From: Candidatus Latescibacterota bacterium
GTDB lineage: Bacteria > Latescibacterota > UBA2968 > UBA8231
Assembly: GCA_965243025.1 (NCBI GenBank)
Contig: CBDETY010000003.1
Location: 4,576,001 to 4,640,000, forward strand
Length of the DNA: 64,000 bases
Direction of reading: 5' to 3'
Part shown: positions 10,062-20,353 of the stretch, piece by piece
Numbering within the stretch: the first letter of the stretch is position 1
Layout: every line of letters starts with the position of its first letter
Notes under the pieces: generated by a model
What the model was told of the DNA's origin: nothing
The model's input: the letters and a program-made list of their open reading frames with translations, nothing else
The model's database searches: none
Made by a program: the position numbers and the translations under genes

Positions 10062-11759
10062 CTACCTGATAAGGGCGATCTTCCCCCTCTGTGACAGCCC
10101 CCCTCCCCGCAGCCTGTAAAGATAGATTCCGCTCGCCAGATGCGCAGGTGGACGCCAGCGCAGGGCCCGATGCCTGCCGGTGTAGCGCCCCGCTTCGAGG
10201 CGCTGGTTCGCGAGGCCTACGAGCTGGCCGGCGGCGGTGAAAATGCTGACCTCGATCTCGTCGGGGGAAGCGAGCTCGACCGGGAAGTAGAGCGCCGGCT
10301 CCGAGGCGCCGCTGTAATGCAAGGGATTGGGGAACGGCGCGTGGGCGAGGCTGCGCGGCGGCAGCTCGATCTCCACCCCGCTGGCAGCCAGCGCGTCGAC
10401 CAGTCCCCAGCCGTAGGTGGTGTCCGGGCCGGCATCCCCGAGGTCGCGCGCCGTACCCCTGAGGGCGGCGGCGACGTCGGCCGGGGTCCAGCCCGGATGG
10501 ATCTGCCTGAGGAGGGCGGCCGCCCCGCTGACCAGGGGAGCGGCGAAGGAAGTGCCCCGACTGCGCCGGTAGCCGCTGAACGAATCCTCCGACTCCTGCC
10601 GGGTGGTATCGACGACGACGATGCCGGTGCCGGGAGCGACGACGTCCGGCTTGATGCGGCCGTCAGCGGTCGGTCCCCTGGAGCTGAAAGGCGCGATCGC
10701 CTCCTGCCCGAGCTCCACGGCGCCGACGGCGATCACGTTCGCCCCGTCCGCGGGCACGGTGACGTAGCGCCAGGGCTTGTTCCCCTCGTTGCCGGCGGCG
10801 GAGACGACGACGATGCCCCGCGAGACGGCGATCTCCGCGGCGATCGTGGCCAGGGCGGTGCGGCCGTCGAGGTCCTCGAACAGGTACCCGGTACCGTCGT
10901 CGAACTGGTTGTACCCCACCGACGAGCTGACGACGTCGGCGCCGAGGCTGTCGGCCCACTCGATCCCGGCGACCCAGAAGTCCTCCTCGACCGGCAGCTC
11001 CCGCCGGACGTCCTCCGTGGTCGCCAGCAGGTACTCGGCGTGGGGGGCGGCGCCGAGCAGGTTTCCCGGGTCCCAGGCGGCCAGCACCGACAGCACCTGC
11101 GTGCCGTGGTTGCTCCCGCGCGGCAAAGGTCCCGGCTCCCCGGCAGCGGCGGCCCCGTTGACGAAGTCGCGCTCGGCGACGACGTCGAGGTGGGCGAAGG
11201 CCCGGTGGCCCCGGTCGGGAAAGCCGGCGTCGAGCAGGGCTACGCGGATCCCCTGCCCGGTGAATCCCTCGTTGTGCAGGGCGACGACCCCGATGCTCGA
11301 GAGCTGCTCGAATCCCGGACCGTACCCGTCTCCGGCCCGCTTGGGGGAAACCGGGGGTACCGCCCCGGGAGCCGGCGGCGGCGGCCGCGCTCCCCGGCGC
11401 ACCGGCGCGGTCTCGCGCACGAAGGGAAGGGCGGCCAGGAGCTCCAGCTGTTCCGGGGCCGCGTCGACGCTGACGGCGTTGAACCAGCGCGAGCAGGTGC
11501 GGACGGCGGCGCCGGCGGCGCGGATGGCGTCGAGGTACTCCCCGTCGACGTCGAGGTCGAGCCGCGGCGAGGGCTGCAGCGCCCCCGGCCGGGGCCAGTC
11601 GAGGCGGCGGTCCCCGGCGGGCTTGTCGCGCAGGAACACCCAGACGCTTTCGACGGGCGGCGCGGAGTCGGCGGGAAAGGCGGGCCCGGCCGTCGCCATG
11701 GCCGCCATCAGCACCGGAAGCAACAGCGGCGGCCGCAGGGCGCTGAATGGAGGGGACAT
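10062..11759 (-). CDS. Secreted S8 (subtilisin-family) serine peptidase with C-terminal sorting-type domain
   Basis: Catalytic motifs VALLDAG, NHGTQV, AAGN, GTSFAAP. C-terminus PFPNP...ASGIYLYRL...KIALIR. Signal peptide from ATG 11759. Confidence 0.92.
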   Translation of the reverse strand: MSPPFSALRPPLLLPVLMAAMATAGPAFPADSAPPVESVWVFLRDKPAGDRRLDWPRPGALQPSPRLDLDVDGEYLDAIRAAGAAVRTCSRWFNAVSVDAAPEQLELLAALPFVRETAPVRRGARPPPPAPGAVPPVSPKRAGDGYGPGFEQLSSIGVVALHNEGFTGQGIRVALLDAGFPDRGHRAFAHLDVVAERDFVNGAAAAGEPGPLPRGSNHGTQVLSVLAAWDPGNLLGAAPHAEYLLATTEDVRRELPVEEDFWVAGIEWADSLGADVVSSSVGYNQFDDGTGYLFEDLDGRTALATIAAEIAVSRGIVVVSAAGNEGNKPWRYVTVPADGANVIAVGAVELGQEAIAPFSSRGPTADGRIKPDVVAPGTGIVVVDTTRQESEDSFSGYRRSRGTSFAAPLVSGAAALLRQIHPGWTPADVAAALRGTARDLGDAGPDTTYGWGLVDALAASGVEIELPPRSLAHAPFPNPLHYSGASEPALYFPVELASPDEIEVSIFTAAGQLVGLANQRLEAGRYTGRHRALRWRPPAHLASGIYLYRLRGGGLSQRGKIALIR

Positions 11760-11881
11760 TCCGTGTGCCGTTCTGCCCGGCGCGGCGCCAGGACCTGGTG
11801 TCCGGCCCCGGGAACCGGGCGGGGAAGTCCGGCCGTCCCGGCCCCCGGCTCGCAAGGCTCCCGGTCCCGGCGTCCCCGGAG

Positions 11882-12544
11882 TCAGGGTTCCCGCGTCCTG
11901 AAAGTCCGGCGGTCGATCACGTCGACGCCTGGCGGGGCCTCGAACAGGAACAGGTCGTCGTCGAGCTTCTTGTCGAGCTTGTGGTCCTCGAGAAGGTAGG
12001 TGCGCAGGTCGCCGTTCTCCTCGAGCTGCTCGATCTGCAGCAGCTGCCAGCGCCGCTTGTCCACCCAGACCTCCATCCTTTCGATGCGGCCCCCTTCCCC
12101 GGCGGTCCCCCGCCGCAGCGGCTGCAGGACGACGGCGTAGCAGGAGCGCCCCGACAGCTCGGTCTCCCGGATCGAAACCGGGGTGAAGCTCTCGGTGTAG
12201 TCGACGAGGATCTCCCACGGAGTCTGCAGGCCGGCGTCGTAGTCGCTGACGATCACCTGCCTGTTCTGCCCGCTGTAGGCCCAGATCGAGCGCCCGTCGG
12301 CGACGACGAGGTCCTCTCCCACCTCGACGCGGAACTTCCCCGGCTTGCGCGTGTAGATCCGGCCCTTCTGGGTCAGCCGCTTGTCGAGGACGGCCCAGTA
12401 GAAGCGCTTCTCGAAGCGGGCGGAAAAGCTCTTCGATTTCGCCAGCCGCTTCTGCATGCGCTCGATGACCTCCGCCCCGTTCACGGCAGCGGCGGGAGCG
12501 GCGGACAGCGCCAGCAGGCACGCCAGCAGCGCGGGAAGGAGCAT
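11882..12544 (-). CDS. lolA: Outer membrane lipoprotein carrier LolA
   Basis: Signal peptide, FSARF, KPGKFR, VADGRSIWAY, F.FEAPPGVDVID; immediately downstream of ftsK (conserved ftsK-lolA synteny). Confidence 0.85.
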   Translation of the reverse strand: MLLPALLACLLALSAAPAAAVNGAEVIERMQKRLAKSKSFSARFEKRFYWAVLDKRLTQKGRIYTRKPGKFRVEVGEDLVVADGRSIWAYSGQNRQVIVSDYDAGLQTPWEILVDYTESFTPVSIRETELSGRSCYAVVLQPLRRGTAGEGGRIERMEVWVDKRRWQLLQIEQLEENGDLRTYLLEDHKLDKKLDDDLFLFEAPPGVDVIDRRTFRTREP

Positions 12545-12552
12545 GGCCGCGG

Positions 12553-15072
12553 CTATCCCGCCGCTTCCTCCTCTTCCAGGGCGGCGGCGGCCTCGGCGAG
12601 GCTCGGCCCCTGGTCCTCGACCAGGATCTGCCTCGGCCTGGCTCCCGATGCGGGTCCGACAATGCCGGCGGATTCGAGCTCGTCCATCAGGCGGGCGGCG
12701 CGGGAGTAGCCGATCTTCATGCGCCGCTGGAGGAAGGAGGTCGACGCCTGCCGGTGGACGATGACGGTGCGCACCGCTTCGTCGAACAGCTCGTCCCGTT
12801 CGTCGGCTTCCGCGTCGCAATCGGTACGGCCGAAGAAGACCTCGACCTCCTCGGCCTCGTACCCGCAGGACTGGATCGAGGCGACCAGGCGCTCGGTCTC
12901 CTCACCGGAAATGAAGGCGCCGTGAATCCGGATCGGCTCTCCCTGTCCCCCGGGCAGGAAGAGCATGTCCCCCCTGCCCAGGAGGCGCTCGGCGCCGTTC
13001 ATGTCGAGGATGGTGCGGGAGTCGGTCTTCGACGCCACCTGGAAGCCGATGCGCGACGGGAAGTTCGCCTTGATGACCCCGGTGATCACGTTGACCGAGG
13101 GGCGCTGGGTCGCCAGGATGATGTGGAGCCCCACCGCCCTCGATTTCTGGGCGAGGCTCATCAGCGACGTCTCGACGTCGGCCGGGGCGGTGATCATCAG
13201 GTCGGCGAACTCGTCGACGACGATGACGATGTAAGGAAGGGGTCTGGGCCGGTCGTCGGGGGGAGCTTCGTCATCGGCGAGGTTCTCCACCTTGCGGTTG
13301 TAGTCGGCGAGGTTGCGGACGCCGAGCTTGGCCAGCAGCTGGTAGCGCGACTCCATTTCGGCGACCGCCCACTTGAGCGCTTCGGAGGCTTTCTTCGGCT
13401 CGGTCACCACCGGCACCAGCAGGTGCGGAATGTCGTTGTACACGGTCAGCTCGACGACCTTCGGGTCGACCATCAGCAGGCGCACCTGGTCCGGGGTCGC
13501 CTTGAAGAGGATGCTCGAAACCAGGCTGTTGATGCAGACGCTCTTCCCCGAACCGGTGGCGCCGGCGACGAGCAGGTGGGGCATACGGGCGAGATCGGCG
13601 ATCAGGGGCTCTCCGGAAATGGTCTTTCCCAGTGCCATCGGCAGGGTCGCGGTGCAGTTGCGGAACTCCGCGGACTCGACGATCTCCCGCAGGTAGACGG
13701 TCTCCTGCTTCTGGTTGGCGATCTCCACGCCGACCACCGATCTGCCGGGAACGGGCGCCTGGATGCGGATCCCCTTGGCGCTCATGACGCGGGCGAGGTC
13801 GTCGGACAGGGTGACGATGCGGTTGACCTTGACGCCGGGGGCCGGCTCCACCTCGTAGCGGGTAACCACCGGTCCGGGACTCACCTGGGTGACTTTCCCG
13901 GTGACGTCGAAGTTCCCCATCGCCTCCTCGAGCATCCTGGCGTTCTCCAGGAACTGGTCCCGCTCCATTCCCCGGCGGGCGCGCGGCAGCGGATCGAGCA
14001 GGTCCAGGGGGGGAATGCGGTAGGAACCGCCGTCCTGCGGGGGGGAACCGGGTTTCCCGGCCACCGCCGGCGCGCTCCTGGCAGGAGTCGACGCAGGAGC
14101 CGCTTTCCCCCTGGCCGGCTGCCGCGCCGCGCTCTTTTCCGGCCTCCTTGCGGCGGCAGGGGAGCCGGCTGCGCCGCCGTTCGGCCCGACTCCCGCGGAT
14201 CTCCCGCCATTGCCGGAACGGAGGCCGCCGCGGTCGGGCGAGGCCGTCGGCTCCACGACAACCGGCTCTGCGGGAGGCTCGTGAACCGGCTCGACGGGAC
14301 GCTCTTCGACCGGTTCGGGGGCGCGCTCCCGGACCAGGGCGGGTACATGCACCGGGGTCTGGTCTCCCCCGGCCCTCCCGGGACCGGCTGCCTGGGCCGG
14401 TTCCGGCAGCCGCCGGATATCCCGCACCGGCACCGCTTCTTCCTCCGCAACCGTCTCGACCTTGGCGTACGCCCGCGGGCGGCGGCGGAACGGGCGGGAA
14501 AACCACCTGCCAGCGGCCCTGACCGCGGCCGCGGCAAACCTTGCCGGGGCCAGGAAGTGCCGCCCCCGCAGGTCCGTGCCGACCAGGAGGGAAGCGACAA
14601 GCAGCGCCGACAGCAGCACGACGGAACCGGGGCGGCCGAGGTAGGGAATCAGCAGGCGGGAGCTCATCTCGGTGCCGAAAAACCCACCCATCTCGAAGGC
14701 GACGCGGCTCGAGTAGTGCGGCAGTCCGGCGGCGACGCTGGCAATCAGGGCCAACCCCGCCATGCCCGCCGAGCGCCTCACCCCGGCGCGCGCAGGCTGC
14801 CCGGTGAGTCGGTGCCACCCCCAGAACAGGCCCAGGACCGGCAGGACGTAGGCGGCGCAGCCGACGGCGTTGAGAGCGCCCCAGGAAAACCAGGCGCCGA
14901 TTCTGCCTCCCCAGTTGTAGCTCTCCACCGGCTCCCGGGTCGAGGCCGGGGGGTCGAACTCCGAATGGGTCGCCAGGCTGATCAGAAGGAAGACGCCGAG
15001 GGCCGCCAGCAGGACACCGCTGACATGGGCTCGCCTTTCCCGGGAGACAAAGCGATCCGCGGTTGCTGCCAT
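12553..15072 (-). CDS. ftsK: DNA translocase FtsK
   Basis: 4TM N-terminus, Pro/Ala linker, MPHLLVAGATGSGKS, ATQRPSV, gamma domain (LQRRMKIGYSRAARLMD). Confidence 0.97.
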   Translation of the reverse strand: MAATADRFVSRERRAHVSGVLLAALGVFLLISLATHSEFDPPASTREPVESYNWGGRIGAWFSWGALNAVGCAAYVLPVLGLFWGWHRLTGQPARAGVRRSAGMAGLALIASVAAGLPHYSSRVAFEMGGFFGTEMSSRLLIPYLGRPGSVVLLSALLVASLLVGTDLRGRHFLAPARFAAAAVRAAGRWFSRPFRRRPRAYAKVETVAEEEAVPVRDIRRLPEPAQAAGPGRAGGDQTPVHVPALVRERAPEPVEERPVEPVHEPPAEPVVVEPTASPDRGGLRSGNGGRSAGVGPNGGAAGSPAAARRPEKSAARQPARGKAAPASTPARSAPAVAGKPGSPPQDGGSYRIPPLDLLDPLPRARRGMERDQFLENARMLEEAMGNFDVTGKVTQVSPGPVVTRYEVEPAPGVKVNRIVTLSDDLARVMSAKGIRIQAPVPGRSVVGVEIANQKQETVYLREIVESAEFRNCTATLPMALGKTISGEPLIADLARMPHLLVAGATGSGKSVCINSLVSSILFKATPDQVRLLMVDPKVVELTVYNDIPHLLVPVVTEPKKASEALKWAVAEMESRYQLLAKLGVRNLADYNRKVENLADDEAPPDDRPRPLPYIVIVVDEFADLMITAPADVETSLMSLAQKSRAVGLHIILATQRPSVNVITGVIKANFPSRIGFQVASKTDSRTILDMNGAERLLGRGDMLFLPGGQGEPIRIHGAFISGEETERLVASIQSCGYEAEEVEVFFGRTDCDAEADERDELFDEAVRTVIVHRQASTSFLQRRMKIGYSRAARLMDELESAGIVGPASGARPRQILVEDQGPSLAEAAAALEEEEAAG

Positions 15073-15267
15073 TCCGCACTACTCCGTCGATGAATTTCGG
15101 GACAGGGGAAGCGGGAATTCCGGCTCGCCGGAACGGGGAGAGACAACCCTGCAGGAGACGCGGTGTCGGGGGTTGCGCCTCTGAGTCCCCGGGGATGGGG
15201 CGGGGGTTGTTGCGGCACCCCGAAAGGTACGCAGAACCGCGGATGTTCGCACCGGGCCGGCGCCGAA

Positions 15268-17445
15268 TCAGAGCATGCCGCCGCGCTTGCGCAGCACCCA
15301 CTCGGCGGCGAGAGCGGCGACCAGGACCGCCAGGACCCACGACCTGCCCCAGGGCTCGAACCTCGTGGTCTCGGAAACCAGGCGCGGCGGCGTCTCGAGG
15401 CGCTCCAGGGCGGCGCTCCAATCCTCCGCCTCCACGAACTCACCTCCGCTGGCCTCGGCCACCCGGCGCAGCAGCCGGTGGTCGGGGCGCACGTCGGAAG
15501 CCTCGAGGGAGTAGGCGTCGACGACGAACTCCACCGAATCCCTGCCGACTTTCCCGCCGTTCCAGCGGGCCTCGGCGGCGACGGTGTGGGTGCCGACTTC
15601 GAGCCCCGTCCAGACGCCCCGGTGGCGCCCGTCGCCATGGGGTTGCAGGATCTTGGGCGAGCGGCCGGCAACGGCCGCGGTGACCTCGGCGCCGGGCAGG
15701 GGGCGCATCAGCTCGTCGAAGACCGCCACGTACACGGCCACCTCCTCGCCGCTGCGGTACACGGGCCGCTCCGGGGCTGCCCGCACCCTGCCGCCGCGCC
15801 GCGCCTCGGCCAGCCATTTCACCGAGTTCCTCCAGAACTCGCGGATCGACTCCGGGTTTTCGCCGGCGCCGGAGGCGGCGAAGTCCAGTCTCCAGAAGCC
15901 GGTGCCGACCGCGGCGATCACCCTGCCGCCGGCGTGCATCCCCCAGGCGACCACCGGCACCCCGCCGGATTCGAGCAGCACCTCGCTGCCCGGCTTCGGC
16001 TGCAGGCCGGGGAGGACGCCGGAGACCGGCGGCAGCCGCGTCCAGGCGGCGGCGGAAAGGCCCCGGGAACCGGAACCGTTCTCCGGAGCGGCGGCGCCGG
16101 AACCGACCAGCAGGACCGGGTGGCCGCGCCCGGCCGCGGTCAGGGCAACCGCCGCCGGCCCCGCCTTCAACGCCGCCCCCCGCGGGAGCGACAGGGGCAG
16201 CCAGCGGGCCGCCCGGGAGCCGGGTTCCAAGCCCTCGAGGCTCCCGGGGCCCACCACCATCAGCAGGCCGTTCCCGCCTTCCAGGTGCCGGGCGACCGCC
16301 CCGGAGATGCCCTCGAGGAGCTGCCGCGGCGGATCCACCAGGACCAGCACGTCCGCCGCCCCGATTCTCTCGGCGGCCGCCGCGAAAGAGACGCCGCCGT
16401 AGAACTCCCCTTCGTTTCTGAGAACCGCGGAATTCACCGCCAGCGTCGAGTCGGCCAGAAGGGCGCGCAGGGGAAAGACCAGCTCGGGCCCGGGGGCCCC
16501 GGCGAAAACCTCGACGCGCACCCGGTCAGGCTGCACGGTCACCGGCAGCAGCTGGCGGTTGTTGGCGCGGCTGAACTCCCCCGGCAGCGCCGGCAGGGAA
16601 ACCTCGTAGAGCCTGGGGCCGGCCGCGGCGGGAACATGGCTCAGCTCGAAGGAGCCGGGCTGCCCCCCGGGGGGGACGGCGGCTTCGACGGCGGCCAGCT
16701 CGCGGCCGTTCTCGCTCAATCTCACGGTCACCGGCCCGTCCACTCCCCAGCCGCGGATTTGGACGCGGACCGGGAAGGGCTGGCCGACGAACGCGGTGGC
16801 AGGGGCCTCGGCCGACAGGATCTGCACGTCCCGGGGCTGTTCGGACTCCGAGCCGATGCCCACGGCATGCACCGGCACCCCCAGCTCCCCGGCCACGGCG
16901 ACCGGGTCGGCCCCGGAATTGTGGGCCCCGTCCGACAGCAGCAGGACCGCGGCAACCTCGTCCTGGCCCGTGCGGCCCTCGACGGCGGCGGCAAGGGCCC
17001 GCGAGATGTCGGTGGCCTCCCCGCGCGTGGCCGCCACCGTATCGAGCGAAACCGGCTCGGCATCGGCGGAGAAGGCGAGCGCCTCGACCCGCACGGCGCG
17101 GCGCAGCCTGGAAAACCGGTCGCCGCGCAGCAGGTCGAGGGCCCTCGAGATTCTCGAGTTCCCTCCCGCCTCGACCGCCATGCTGCGGCTCCTGTCGAGC
17201 AGGGCGGCCAGGACGGGGCGCACCGCCTGCTTGCGGGCGATCTCGAGGAAGGGCTCGGCGATCAGCAGCAGGCAGGCGACGAGGACGGTCCCCCTGAGGA
17301 CGCGGAGAAGCCATGCTCTCCCTCTCGAAGGGGCCGGCAGGGTGCGGGAGTAAACCCAGTACGCGAACGCCAGCAGCGGCGGCACAGCGAGCAGCAGCAG
17401 CCCGCTGCCTTTCCAGCCGGCGTCGATATCCAGCCACTCGCTCAT
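15268..17445 (-). CDS. Membrane protein with vWA domain and glutamine-amidotransferase-like domain
   Basis: N-terminal TMs, MIDAS-like LDRSRSM...TDI...LSDG, Ig-like segments, C-terminal TM ending AEWVLRKRGGML. Confidence 0.75.
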   Translation of the reverse strand: MSEWLDIDAGWKGSGLLLLAVPPLLAFAYWVYSRTLPAPSRGRAWLLRVLRGTVLVACLLLIAEPFLEIARKQAVRPVLAALLDRSRSMAVEAGGNSRISRALDLLRGDRFSRLRRAVRVEALAFSADAEPVSLDTVAATRGEATDISRALAAAVEGRTGQDEVAAVLLLSDGAHNSGADPVAVAGELGVPVHAVGIGSESEQPRDVQILSAEAPATAFVGQPFPVRVQIRGWGVDGPVTVRLSENGRELAAVEAAVPPGGQPGSFELSHVPAAAGPRLYEVSLPALPGEFSRANNRQLLPVTVQPDRVRVEVFAGAPGPELVFPLRALLADSTLAVNSAVLRNEGEFYGGVSFAAAAERIGAADVLVLVDPPRQLLEGISGAVARHLEGGNGLLMVVGPGSLEGLEPGSRAARWLPLSLPRGAALKAGPAAVALTAAGRGHPVLLVGSGAAAPENGSGSRGLSAAAWTRLPPVSGVLPGLQPKPGSEVLLESGGVPVVAWGMHAGGRVIAAVGTGFWRLDFAASGAGENPESIREFWRNSVKWLAEARRGGRVRAAPERPVYRSGEEVAVYVAVFDELMRPLPGAEVTAAVAGRSPKILQPHGDGRHRGVWTGLEVGTHTVAAEARWNGGKVGRDSVEFVVDAYSLEASDVRPDHRLLRRVAEASGGEFVEAEDWSAALERLETPPRLVSETTRFEPWGRSWVLAVLVAALAAEWVLRKRGGML

Positions 17446-18476
17446 CGGGAGGAGCGGGCGTCAGTCAGCGGAAGGCGCGCCTCGGCGTCGAGGTCGAAAC
17501 CGCCGCGTTCTCCGCGGCGGAGGTGGAAGAGTCCGGCGGCGGCGATCATGGCGGCGTTGTCCGTGCACAGGACGGGCGCCGGGCAGTGAAACTCCCCGCC
17601 GAGGCCGGCGACCCGCTCCTGCAGCGCCGCCCTCAGCGAGGCGTTGGCGGCGACGCCGCCGGCCAGGGCAACCCGGGGGACGCCCAGCTCGGTCACGGCC
17701 CTCGCGGTGCGCTCGACCAGGACGTCGACGACCGCCGCCTGAAAGCTGGCGGCGACGTCGGGAACCGCCCCGGAGATGTCGGGGCTCGACCGCTGCAGCT
17801 CGCGGACGTGGTTGAGAACGGCGGTCTTCAGGCCGCTGAAGCTGAAATCCCAGGTCTCCTTCGCGGCGAGGGCCCGGGGGAACGCGATCGCCTCCGGGTC
17901 GCCCCTCTCCGCCGCTTCGGCGACGACGCGGCCCCCCATGACCATGCGGTCCGGGGGCAGCAGATCGAGCAGCTTGGCGACCTTGTCGAACGCCTCGCCG
18001 GCGGCGTCGTCGAGGGTCTGCCCCAGCAGCTCGTATGCACCGGGGCGCTCGACGAGAACCAGCTCGGTATGCCCCCCTGAAACGAGGAGCGTGAGGAACG
18101 GCGCCTCGATCAGCCGCTCGACCAGGTTGGAGAAGATGTGCCCCTCGAGGTGGTTCACCCCCACGAACGGCTTGCCGAGGGAAAGCGCCATCCCCTTGGC
18201 GGCGTTTACCCCGACGATCAGGGACCCGATGAGGCCGGGCCCCCTGGTCACGGCTATCCCGTCGACGTCTTCCACAGCGACGCCGGCTTCCTCCAGCGCC
18301 GTCTCGATCACGGGAACGATGGCGCGAACGTGGGCGCGCGAGGCCAACTCGGGGACCACCCCGCCGTAGCGGGCGTGGTCCTGCTGCGACCAGATCACGT
18401 TCGAGCGGATCGACGCTTCGTCGACCACCGCCGCCGAGGTCTCGTCGCAGGAGGTTTCGATTCCGAGAACAAGCAT
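17442..18476 (-). CDS. tsaD: tRNA N6-adenosine threonylcarbamoyltransferase TsaD
   Basis: LGIETSCDET, GGVVPELASRAH, HLEGH, DDAAGEAFDK, CTDNAAMI. Confidence 0.97.
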   Translation of the reverse strand: MLVLGIETSCDETSAAVVDEASIRSNVIWSQQDHARYGGVVPELASRAHVRAIVPVIETALEEAGVAVEDVDGIAVTRGPGLIGSLIVGVNAAKGMALSLGKPFVGVNHLEGHIFSNLVERLIEAPFLTLLVSGGHTELVLVERPGAYELLGQTLDDAAGEAFDKVAKLLDLLPPDRMVMGGRVVAEAAERGDPEAIAFPRALAAKETWDFSFSGLKTAVLNHVRELQRSSPDISGAVPDVAASFQAAVVDVLVERTARAVTELGVPRVALAGGVAANASLRAALQERVAGLGGEFHCPAPVLCTDNAAMIAAAGLFHLRRGERGGFDLDAEARLPLTDARSSR

Positions 18477-18482
18477 GACGGG

Positions 18483-19424
18483 TCAGCGCCGGACGAGGGT
18501 CACGAACTCGGGGACGACCTCCCTGATCTCGAAATTCACGGTCTCCCCAGGAAAGACGCCGACGACCTGCCCGGCAACCGGGGCAGCCCCACGGACATCG
18601 GCGAATACATCGATGTCCGATTCGGGATCCAGCCTGCCGATGACGTCGGCGCCGCCCCGGACGCGGACGGTGACCCGCGACGGCCGGGCGGCCAGCCAAC
18701 GCCATCCGGACCCGGGCACCCTCACCGGGACATTGGCGATGTCGTACTCCGCCAGTTCCTGAACGTCGACCCGGACGGTCACGTGATCGGAGCTCATGCG
18801 GATGCGGGATCCCTCGGGCACGGGGATCGGAAGCCTGGCGGTGAAATCCCGGCGGACCCCGGACTGAACCAGTGAATCCGTGTTCAGCGCGGTCAGCTCC
18901 CCGACCTGGGAGGCAGGTCCCGAAACCCGGACCGTCCCGGGAGACACCTCCACCGGTCCGACCTGGGTGTAGGACTCGGCGACCACCACCTCCACCAGCG
19001 CCCGGACCGGCAGGTCGGTCTCGACCAGCTTGTCCATCACCACCTCCACCTCTGTCGGCTCGACGATCTCCTCGACCCGAACGGGCAGGTCCGTTTTGCT
19101 GACCACCTGCTCCGGCACCACTCTGAACTTGCGTCTCACGCCTTCGCGGCCCACCGGAGGCTGAACGCGGACGAGCAGGGCGTCCTCCTCCAGCAGCAAA
19201 AGGTCCTTGCCGCTTCCCGAAACCACCACCACCACCCTGTCGGGTACCGGGTTGGAAACGACGATCGGAGTCCCGTCCCTGGTCGGAGGAGGATCGGCAA
19301 CCTGCAGCCCGATCTCCATTTCCGCCCGGTAGGTCAGTTCGGTGGCGGCGTAAAACCAAACCAGGCAGGCAAGGAGAACCGCCCCCAGCTTCACACCAAG
19401 GTCGCCGAATTGCTGTCTGCTCAA
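18483..19424 (-). CDS. YbbR/CdaR-like domain protein
   Basis: KLGAVLLACLVWFY TM followed by about three YbbR-like repeats (PxxVxVxG motifs); TTG start. Confidence 0.8.
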   Translation of the reverse strand: MSRQQFGDLGVKLGAVLLACLVWFYAATELTYRAEMEIGLQVADPPPTRDGTPIVVSNPVPDRVVVVVSGSGKDLLLLEEDALLVRVQPPVGREGVRRKFRVVPEQVVSKTDLPVRVEEIVEPTEVEVVMDKLVETDLPVRALVEVVVAESYTQVGPVEVSPGTVRVSGPASQVGELTALNTDSLVQSGVRRDFTARLPIPVPEGSRIRMSSDHVTVRVDVQELAEYDIANVPVRVPGSGWRWLAARPSRVTVRVRGGADVIGRLDPESDIDVFADVRGAAPVAGQVVGVFPGETVNFEIREVVPEFVTLVRR

Positions 19425-19621
19425 TGTTTACCTGCGCATGCACACCGGGCAACCTCACCCGGGCATGCCGCATGTCTGGGGGTGTCTGAAACGCGCGCGG
19501 AGACCCGCGCTCAGGGAGAACCGGCAACCCGGGGCCCGGTTCCGGGATACACCGCCGGCCCCGGCCGAGGCGGGCGCCGTCGGCGAAGCGGGGGGCTGCT
19601 TCCCCGAGGAAGGAAGCGCCC

Positions 19622-19807
19622 CTACTTGTACGCCTCTTTCAATTCCTTGCCGCGGCTCAGCTCTCCGTTGTCTATCCGGATGTGGTATCCGCACTGGGGG
19701 TCGGTGCAGACCCAGGCCTTGTAATGAATCGGGGCTCCGTCCCTTCCGTAATCCGAAAGCGGAACCAGAACGCCCTTCTCGCAGCTGAGGCATTTCGGGG
19801 TTTCCAT
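19622..19807 (-). CDS. Small Zn-ribbon protein (61 aa)
   Basis: GGAGG RBS, CLSC...CTDPQC, compact natural-looking sequence, followed by a GC hairpin. Confidence 0.8.
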   Translation of the reverse strand: METPKCLSCEKGVLVPLSDYGRDGAPIHYKAWVCTDPQCGYHIRIDNGELSRGKELKEAYK

Positions 19808-19867
19808 CGGAACCTCCCCTCCCAGTCGGGAAATCAGTGTTGGCCCCGCGCACCTTGCGCGAGGCGG

Positions 19868-20353
19868 TCAGCCGCCGACCTTGCGGTGCGCGGCGTACTC
19901 GAAGACTGCGGCCTCCTGGGCCTCGGTTTCCACCGAGCCGGGCCGGAGGCTGCGGACTCGCTCGAGCGCCTCCAGGGGGGTGAAACCCTGCGCGACGAAA
20001 TAACAGGCCAGCATGGTACCCGTGCGCCCCCGGCCGGCGACGCAGTGAACGAGAACCGCGGCCCCCTCCTCGTTCCTTTCCCTGACGAAATCGACGAACC
20101 GCCGGCAATCTTCAACCGCGGGGGCCGCCATGTCCGCCACCGGCAAATGAAGGTACTGCACCCCGGCAGCATCGATTTCAACCTGGTCGAGCGCCCTTTC
20201 CGTCAGCGACACAAGCGCCCCGATCTTCCCATTGCCGGCCAACTTCAGATCCTCGGCGAGGGTTCCGATCCCGTTGAAAAAGCTCCCGAAGCGGGACCCG
20301 GGCATGCCGCTGGCCGCCAGCTTTCCGGGGATTACCCAGCTGAAGTTGTACAC
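19868..20353 (-). CDS. Dual-specificity (CX5R) protein phosphatase
   Basis: GTG start (YNFSWVIPGKLAASGMP), LPVADMAAP acid loop, HCVAGRGRTG P-loop, RPGSVETEAQE; overlaps the end of moaE by 22 nt. Confidence 0.9.
   Translation of the reverse strand: MYNFSWVIPGKLAASGMPGSRFGSFFNGIGTLAEDLKLAGNGKIGALVSLTERALDQVEIDAAGVQYLHLPVADMAAPAVEDCRRFVDFVRERNEEGAAVLVHCVAGRGRTGTMLACYFVAQGFTPLEALERVRSLRPGSVETEAQEAAVFEYAAHRKVGG

Noticed and set aside
19590-19621. GGAAGCAGCC on the minus strand resembling SRP RNA
   Set aside because: Lacks the CAGG..GNRA helix-8 context; it is a simple hairpin after the Zn-ribbon gene.
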